The notes beneath the pieces were generated by a model. That model was not told the DNA's origin and did not search any database. It saw nothing but the letters and a program-made list of their open reading frames with translations. A stretch of 64,000 bases of DNA from Candidatus Cloacimonadales bacterium (lineage in GTDB: Bacteria; Cloacimonadota; Cloacimonadia; Cloacimonadales; JAFGVF01): positions 1,344,001-1,408,000 of the forward strand of contig CAXXOU010000004.1 in NCBI GenBank assembly GCA_963677495.2. The letters are read 5' to 3'. Below are positions 57,809 to 64,000 of this stretch, in pieces. The stretch's first letter is position 1. The number at the start of each line of letters is the position of its first letter. The translations under genes and the position numbers were made by a program.

Positions 57809-60637
57809 ATGAAAAAGGTAATTACAATATTATTGTGTTTAATAGCACTTACAATCACAGCCAAAGTTCCCGAAGAACTTGAATCCATATTGCGTGATAT
57901 TAAAGCTCAAAGTATGGAGTTCAAAGACTCTGAAGAACATAAAACGATAAGAAACTCACGAGAAACAAGAGATTATGCTTTAGGAGATACTGAGACATTC
58001 TGGAGATGGGATTTAAGCAATATGCCACCATCCTGGATTCAAACACCTTCAACATGTAGAGCTGTTGGGAATCACTGCTATATTTTTGTAGCAGACAGTG
58101 AGTGGAATACTCATATGACTCAAGCTGATGTTGATACTGCTTTGAATCATTTCGAGAACACTACTCCTAACCACCCTACGCAAGGAATTTATGACCTGAA
58201 TACTTCAAATTTCGGTCCTGTACCGGATGAACTTGATAATGATCCCAAAATGATTATTTTCTACTCAGCATTAGGCAGTTTTAATGGATCTTCATTTGAT
58301 GGCTACTTTAGTTCATATAATCAGGTAACTGAAAGTCAAGCCCAACAAATGAATCCTCCTGGTCATAGTAATGAATGTGAAATGATCTATATGACATGCC
58401 ATCCATTAGATCCGATTGAGCCAATCAGGCTTTCAGTTCTTGCCCATGAAATGCAGCACTTGATCCATTGGGGTATGGATATTAACGAGGATACTTGGGT
58501 GGATGAAGGATGCGCAGAATTTGCAATGCATCTGTATGGCGTACCAGATCCTATTGTATCTTTCCCCAGTAATCCTGATGATAATTTGACATCTTGGGAC
58601 CAGCATTTTGCTGACTATGTGCAAACCTATCTCTTTATGGTGTATCTTTCAGAAAACTATGGAGGAAATTCAATTATCTCTCAGATAGTTTCTGAACCTG
58701 CAAATAGTATTAACGGTATACAAGATGCCCTTTCACACCTTGGTGAAACAGATTCGTTTGAAACAATCTTTGCGAACTGGACAAACTCAAACTTTCTAGA
58801 TGATTATCAGACAATAGATCTACCAAACTTCAGTGTTTCCGGTTCATACAGTAATCTACCCATTCAAGATACAGGAACTGTTCAGGGATGGGCATCAGAC
58901 TATTATAGAATCAATTCAGGTGATAATCCATTTACAATCAACTTTACCGGTGCAACAGGTCAGTACTACGTAAGTGCATTAATGATTGATAATGATGATG
59001 ATTCAATTATAGTTCCTATGCCAATCACTGCAAATACAGGCACATTGAACATTCCAGCCTTTGATCCAGATTATGATAGTGTAGTAATCAATATCTGCAA
59101 CATATCTAATACTCCTGGAACTTACAGTTTTGAAGTTAATGAAATCCTTGAAGATCAGAGAGAGTTCTACGTTTACAACTATCTAAGCAGTACCCATAGT
59201 ATAGTTACTGCAACTTCCCATGGTTGGGGAGATCATTGTAACGTTTATGTTGATGATAGTCTTTGGGAGCTGGAAGTTACACAAGCTGATGTTGACCTTG
59301 TTGTTAGAGTATTTGAAGATTCAACAGCAGCTAACCCAAACCAAGGTATTTTTGAGATAGATACAGCAACTTTTGGTATGCCTTCTGATATAGACAATAA
59401 TGGTAAAATCAATATCCTAATCTTTGATATTGATGATGATGGCATCAATGGTTACTTCTCTGGTCTTGATCTTATGAATGCAGGTGGAAGTAACCAAATG
59501 GAGATTATCTATATTGATAAAAACCCTCATGGCTCAGGCATAAATAGTACATATTGCTTCTCTACTATAGCACATGAATTACAACATCTTATTCACTTTG
59601 AACATGATACTGATGAAGAGACCTGGGTGAATGAAGGTTTATCAGGATTGGCACAGTCAGTAACCGGTTGGATAAGTCCATATTGGATGATGATGTATAC
59701 AGCTAATCCGGATAATAATCTAACCGAGTGGAGTGCCGGAGCTGATTATCCACAATGCTATCTTTTCATGCAATATCTTTATGAGCACTATAATCTTAAT
59801 GATCAACAGATTATTGAAAACATTGTTGCAAATGATACAAACGGGATGAGTGGGATTGCATCTTCACTAAATACAACAGGTTGGGTTGACATCACTATTG
59901 AAGAGGTTTACATGAACTGGTTAACTGCGAATTATGTAAACAACAGCTCAGTTGAAAACGGTTTATATAGTTATCAATCAAACCCGATTGGTACAGGTCA
60001 GTTCAGTATAAACAATGCAGCCACACATACTACATATCCTGCTTCCGGGAGCTTGGATACTCAACATTGGGGAGTTGATTACTTGAAGTTTAACTCTTTC
60101 CAAGAGAGTTTCAAACTAACCTTCTTCCCTGAAGACACAAACCAATCTTTCACAGTAAGAGCAGTTGCATATGACAATGGAAATCCTGTTGCTGTTATCG
60201 ATTTAGATAATACAGGAGAAATGGAATTAGCATCTGATGTATACACTTATGATGAAGTTGTTCTGATTGTAACTTGTACAGAGGATGGCACAGGTACAGC
60301 AGGATATTACTATTTAGTTGAGGATTTACCAATCTCAAACGAAGATAATGTTAACTCGTTAGTGGATAGTTTCCATAGTTACCCAAATCCATTTATTGAT
60401 AATGTTTCTCTACAGATAAATCTCAAGCAAAGATCAAACATCTCAATTTCTGTTTACAATGTAAAAGGGCAACTAGTCAGAGAACTAGTTAAGGATATAG
60501 ATGTTTTAGATAGCTATTCTTTAGAGTGGGATGGAAAGCAAGAAGATGGTTCTCAGTCCGGGAATGGTATTTATTTCTTAAGAATGAGTATTAATAATGA
60601 GAGCTTTATACGCAAAGTTATGCTACTAAAGAAGTAA
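57809..60637 (+). CDS. Secreted zinc metallopeptidase with two tandem HExxH domains and T9SS-type CTD
   Basis: ATG at 57809 after SD AGGAG; AHEMQH...W.DEG and AHELQH...W.NEG; CTD YPNPF...YNVKGQLV. Confidence 0.82.
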   Translation: MKKVITILLCLIALTITAKVPEELESILRDIKAQSMEFKDSEEHKTIRNSRETRDYALGDTETFWRWDLSNMPPSWIQTPSTCRAVGNHCYIFVADSEWNTHMTQADVDTALNHFENTTPNHPTQGIYDLNTSNFGPVPDELDNDPKMIIFYSALGSFNGSSFDGYFSSYNQVTESQAQQMNPPGHSNECEMIYMTCHPLDPIEPIRLSVLAHEMQHLIHWGMDINEDTWVDEGCAEFAMHLYGVPDPIVSFPSNPDDNLTSWDQHFADYVQTYLFMVYLSENYGGNSIISQIVSEPANSINGIQDALSHLGETDSFETIFANWTNSNFLDDYQTIDLPNFSVSGSYSNLPIQDTGTVQGWASDYYRINSGDNPFTINFTGATGQYYVSALMIDNDDDSIIVPMPITANTGTLNIPAFDPDYDSVVINICNISNTPGTYSFEVNEILEDQREFYVYNYLSSTHSIVTATSHGWGDHCNVYVDDSLWELEVTQADVDLVVRVFEDSTAANPNQGIFEIDTATFGMPSDIDNNGKINILIFDIDDDGINGYFSGLDLMNAGGSNQMEIIYIDKNPHGSGINSTYCFSTIAHELQHLIHFEHDTDEETWVNEGLSGLAQSVTGWISPYWMMMYTANPDNNLTEWSAGADYPQCYLFMQYLYEHYNLNDQQIIENIVANDTNGMSGIASSLNTTGWVDITIEEVYMNWLTANYVNNSSVENGLYSYQSNPIGTGQFSINNAATHTTYPASGSLDTQHWGVDYLKFNSFQESFKLTFFPEDTNQSFTVRAVAYDNGNPVAVIDLDNTGEMELASDVYTYDEVVLIVTCTEDGTGTAGYYYLVEDLPISNEDNVNSLVDSFHSYPNPFIDNVSLQINLKQRSNISISVYNVKGQLVRELVKDIDVLDSYSLEWDGKQEDGSQSGNGIYFLRMSINNESFIRKVMLLKK

Positions 60638-60644
60638 TCAATTA

Positions 60645-60680
60645 TAAACAAGCCTACTGTCATTCAGTAGGCTTGTTTTA
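60645..60680. terminator. Bidirectional terminator
   Basis: AAACAAGCCTACTG/CAGTAGGCTTGTTT between convergent genes. Confidence 0.8.
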
Positions 60681-60728
60681 TATTATGATTAGCATTAAAC
60701 TAAGTCATTTCTTCCCTATGATTAAGGA

Positions 60729-61520
60729 TCAACTCCTCTTAAATATATCCTCTCTCAATGTATCAAACTCGGAAAAAGCTGTTCTCTTGATTATGGCAAT
60801 TAGCATCATTGATGATAACGACATTGTTGAGAAGATAGCTATCATTATGGCAATCTGATATTTGATAGCTGTCATTGGATTTGATCCGCCAAGTATCTGA
60901 CCGGTCATCATACCGGGTAAAGAAACAAGCCCAATATTCGCCATTGATGCTATGGTTGGCTCTAAAGCAGTTCTCATACTTTCAATAACTATCTCCTTCA
61001 AAGCTTCGCTCCTTGATGCTCCTAAAGAAAGGGCGAAATAGTACTCCTGTTCCCTATTCTTGAAATAGTTTAAGAATGTTCTTGTTACAATAATATTCGC
61101 TCTCATAGTGTTACCAAGAAGCATCCCCGCAATAGGTATTAAGTACTTAGCCGTAAATAGAAACTCCAAGTTTATGATTAGTTTTGTGAAATAGATAGTA
61201 TTAAACAATAATGGAACTACAATAGAGAACATTATTGGTAGAATGAAATGCTTTAATTTAAGTCCATTAGAATTGATGATAGTGATTGTAGAAACTACAC
61301 CCATTGCTACTAACCATCCAATGTTTACGAAGAGATTATCAAGAATGAATATATACTTCAGGTAGAACCCTATTAACGATAGTTGTACAATCATCCTAAA
61401 TACTGATACTAGAACCTTGAAAGATATCTTCAGTTTTGAAATAAGAATAACAGCAAAAGGTACTAATAGAAGCAATAGTGTAAATATTACTGAGCTTATA
61501 CCAAGATCCTTAGCACCCAT
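60729..61520 (-). CDS. ABC permease, UPF0014/FetB (YbbM) family
   Basis: RM.VQL...G, IPIAGMLLGN, GLVSLPGMMTGQILGG..P..A..YQI. Confidence 0.88.
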   Translation of the reverse strand: MGAKDLGISSVIFTLLLLLVPFAVILISKLKISFKVLVSVFRMIVQLSLIGFYLKYIFILDNLFVNIGWLVAMGVVSTITIINSNGLKLKHFILPIMFSIVVPLLFNTIYFTKLIINLEFLFTAKYLIPIAGMLLGNTMRANIIVTRTFLNYFKNREQEYYFALSLGASRSEALKEIVIESMRTALEPTIASMANIGLVSLPGMMTGQILGGSNPMTAIKYQIAIMIAIFSTMSLSSMMLIAIIKRTAFSEFDTLREDIFKRS

Positions 61521-61521
61521 G

Positions 61522-62133
61522 TTACCACCTTACCTTTCTTATATCATCCATATTCCAGACTTCATCATGTGACACAATGATTACTGTATTTGGAAGAGAT
61601 ATAAAGTAGTCTCTTATTATCTCTTTAAGTTCTGTATTTAAAGCTGAAGTTATTTCATCGAGTAGATAGTATTCCCGCTTTAGTAGTCTCATCAATACTA
61701 TCCCTATACGCTGTTTCTCCCCACCAGACAGTTCAGTTGTATTCCTCTGTAGGATTGATTCTTCCAAATGTAACCCAGCTAAGAGATTCAGTACTTCCCT
61801 TTTTTTATAGGAAAGATGCTTATTAGCATGATAGCTGAATACGTTTTGAATGATATCTTCAACTCTACCTTTCTGAAAAGAAACTGATTGTGGTAAATAT
61901 GCGAACTTCTGTCGTAGTTGCGTAATCGACTCTTTGTTGAGTTCATCACTTCCAATCAGTATCGTTCCTGAATCCGGTTGTTTGAAACCCATAATGAGCT
62001 TCAATAAGGTAGTCTTACCACTTCCTGACCCCATATTCAATAGAACCTTTTCTCCTTTCTCAATCGAAAGGTTGAGATGGTTGAAGATATCCTTGGAACC
62101 GTATTTTAATGATATATCATCTATTTTTATCAA
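61522..62133 (-). CDS. ABC ATP-binding protein (FetA/YbbL-like)
   Basis: GSGSGKTT, LSGGEKQR, LLDEITSAL, VSHD. Confidence 0.88.
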   Translation of the reverse strand: MIKIDDISLKYGSKDIFNHLNLSIEKGEKVLLNMGSGSGKTTLLKLIMGFKQPDSGTILIGSDELNKESITQLRQKFAYLPQSVSFQKGRVEDIIQNVFSYHANKHLSYKKREVLNLLAGLHLEESILQRNTTELSGGEKQRIGIVLMRLLKREYYLLDEITSALNTELKEIIRDYFISLPNTVIIVSHDEVWNMDDIRKVRW

Positions 62134-62142
62134 TGTAATTTC

Positions 62143-62382
62143 CTAAATTAAGTTTTTAATCTCAGCTTTTCTTTCAGTTGAAAGATTATGCCATCTAATC
62201 CCCTGCTTTGCTCCTTCTAAAGCATATAATTTGTTTAGACATACCGAAAAACCACTTTCTTTAAGCTTCATAACCAGTTCTTCCAAGCTTATCAGGTTAA
62301 ACTCTTCAATTGAAGAAACTCCTGATACTGTCAATTCTTCAGCTAGAGTCTTCCCAATATTTTGTAAATCAGTTAACTTCAT
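62143..62382 (-). CDS. TfoX C-terminal domain protein
   Basis: LTDL.NIG..L...L...G, LYALEGA..GIRW. Confidence 0.8.
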   Translation of the reverse strand: MKLTDLQNIGKTLAEELTVSGVSSIEEFNLISLEELVMKLKESGFSVCLNKLYALEGAKQGIRWHNLSTERKAEIKNLI

Positions 62383-62529
62383 AACTACTCCAAATAGTTT
62401 GATGATTTAGTAGCTAACTCAATCCTCTTTATCTGTCAAGTTAGATAAAACTCATTGTTCTTCATTTATTTGCTTTACAAAAATATAGAGAGCAAAATTC
62501 TTTCAAAAATATATAAACGGAAGGTTGAA

Positions 62530-63309
62530 ATGAGAAACATTTTAGTAGCCGGAAATTGGAAAATGAATAAGACTCCACAAGAAGCTGTAGAGTTTTTAAG
62601 CAGTCTTAGTAAATTTAGTAATGAAAACAACCATCCAGAAGTTGATGTCATGATTGCCCCGACTTATTTAGCTTTAACTGATTCAAAGAAAGCAGTTGAA
62701 GGCTCAAAGGTAAACATTGCAGGTCAGGATGTCAGCATGAACATAAATGGTGCCTTTACAGGTGAGATTTCAGCTTCAATGCTAAAATCAATCTCGGTAG
62801 ATATGTGTATAATCGGTCATTCGGAAAGACGATCGTATCATAACGAAACTGATTCCAAAGTATATAGAAAACTTCATGTCCTTCTTGCAAATGGGATAAC
62901 TCCTGTTGTTTGTGTTGGTGAAACTCTTGAGCAAAGAGAAGCCGGTGAGACAATGGAAGTTGTTATTGAGCAAATTGATGAGAGCTTAAATGACCTTAAC
63001 CTTGAAACAGGTAAAGAAGTAGTAATTGCTTACGAACCTGTTTGGGCTATCGGAACCGGTGTTACTGCTACTCCTGAACAAGCAGAAGAGGTACATGCTC
63101 TTATCAGAAGAAGACTTGCAAAGCGTTTCAGTCCTGAAATTGCTGATAATATGATTATTCTCTATGGTGGTAGTATGAAGCCTGCAAATATGAGAGAACT
63201 ACTTGCATGCCCCAACATTGATGGTGGCTTAATTGGTGGAGCTTCACTTAATATAGATAGCTTCACTGAAATGATAAAAATAGCGATAAGTGTTAAAGAG
63301 GAGAATTAA
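62530..63309 (+). CDS. tpiA: Triosephosphate isomerase
   Basis: AGNWKMN, IGHSERR, AYEPVWAIGTG, YGGS, LIGGAS; true start likely 62530. Confidence 0.97.
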   Translation: MRNILVAGNWKMNKTPQEAVEFLSSLSKFSNENNHPEVDVMIAPTYLALTDSKKAVEGSKVNIAGQDVSMNINGAFTGEISASMLKSISVDMCIIGHSERRSYHNETDSKVYRKLHVLLANGITPVVCVGETLEQREAGETMEVVIEQIDESLNDLNLETGKEVVIAYEPVWAIGTGVTATPEQAEEVHALIRRRLAKRFSPEIADNMIILYGGSMKPANMRELLACPNIDGGLIGGASLNIDSFTEMIKIAISVKEEN

Positions 63310-64000
63310 TGCTTGATCTTAGATATATAAGAGAAAACAGAGAGCTTGTTAAACAAGCAATTATAAATAAAAAAGCCAAAGCTGATATTGATACAATTAT
63401 CGAGCTTGATGAACAAAAACGTAAGCTTCAGTTCGACTTCGACCAAAAGAAAGCCCATCAAAACAAAGTCTCAAAAGAGATTGGTATGCGTAAGCGTAAC
63501 AAAGAGAGTGCTGATGATCTTTTACAAGAGATGCAAAGCATTGCAGGTGCTATCAAGGAGATGAAGAAAGAGGTTGATGAGATTGATGCTAAACTCAATG
63601 AGCAACTTCTCTGGATACCAAACATCCCACATCCTGACGTACTCGTTGGGGGTGAAGAGGATAATGAAGTATTAAGCTATCACGGTGATAAACCTGAGTA
63701 TGCTTTTGATCCAAAAGACCATCTTGATTTAGCAGAAACAAACAAGCTTTTAGATCTTGAAAGAGGTGGAAAGATTTCAGGTAGTGGTTTCCCTGTTTAC
63801 ACCGGGAAAGGTGCCAGACTCGAACGTGCCCTTATCAACTTTATGCTTGATTATCAGGTTGAGAAGAATGGTTATGAAGAGGTTGCAGTACCACTTCTTG
63901 TTAATAGAGCTACAATGACGGGAACAGGCCAGCTTCCTAAGATGGAAGATGACATGTATAAGATGACAGAAGATGACCTTTTCCTCATCCCAACAGCTGA
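63309..64000 (+). CDS. serS: Seryl-tRNA synthetase (3' end runs off the window; absent from the ORF track)
   Basis: ATG overlaps tpiA stop; MLDLRYIREN, IPNIPH, KISGSGF, LERALINFML, GTGQLPKMEDDMY, LIPTA. Confidence 0.95.
   Translation, partial: MLDLRYIRENRELVKQAIINKKAKADIDTIIELDEQKRKLQFDFDQKKAHQNKVSKEIGMRKRNKESADDLLQEMQSIAGAIKEMKKEVDEIDAKLNEQLLWIPNIPHPDVLVGGEEDNEVLSYHGDKPEYAFDPKDHLDLAETNKLLDLERGGKISGSGFPVYTGKGARLERALINFMLDYQVEKNGYEEVAVPLLVNRATMTGTGQLPKMEDDMYKMTEDDLFLIPTA

Noticed and set aside
1300..62973. Numerous short ORFs nested in or antisense to long genes
   Set aside because: They overlap well-supported CDSs and lack SD sequences and recognisable motifs.

Overview
AT-rich bacterial chromosome segment, standard genetic code. 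The many secreted proteins ending in a 'YPNPFN...IYNIKGQ.V...W.G.D......SGIYF' C-terminal domain suggest Candidatus Cloacimonadota or a related FCB anaerobe (inference). It carries housekeeping genes (S1-domain protein, ndk, rdgB, PMM/PGM, ABC-F, htpG, class II nrdJ, exbB/exbD/tonB, folP, cdaA, coaE, smpB, tpiA, partial serS), a polysaccharide-modification cluster, and seven secreted proteins with a T9SS type-A-like sorting domain. Main discoveries: (1) a selenoprotein gene truncated by the ORF track (15125->13260, minus strand), with signal peptide, W-U-G-Y-C (UxxC) Omp28/thioredoxin-like motif, an fdhF-like SECIS hairpin and a sorting domain; (2) five intergenic arrays in which a short word repeats at exactly 11-bp spacing and then flips orientation, built from three different core words, three of them inside a composite repeat of up to ~325 bp; (3) an ABC-F gene that apparently starts at a non-canonical ATC codon; (4) a protein carrying both cohesin-like and dockerin modules inside the polysaccharide locus. 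No CRISPR array, rRNA or tRNA was recognised. All calls are by eye, with no database searches.
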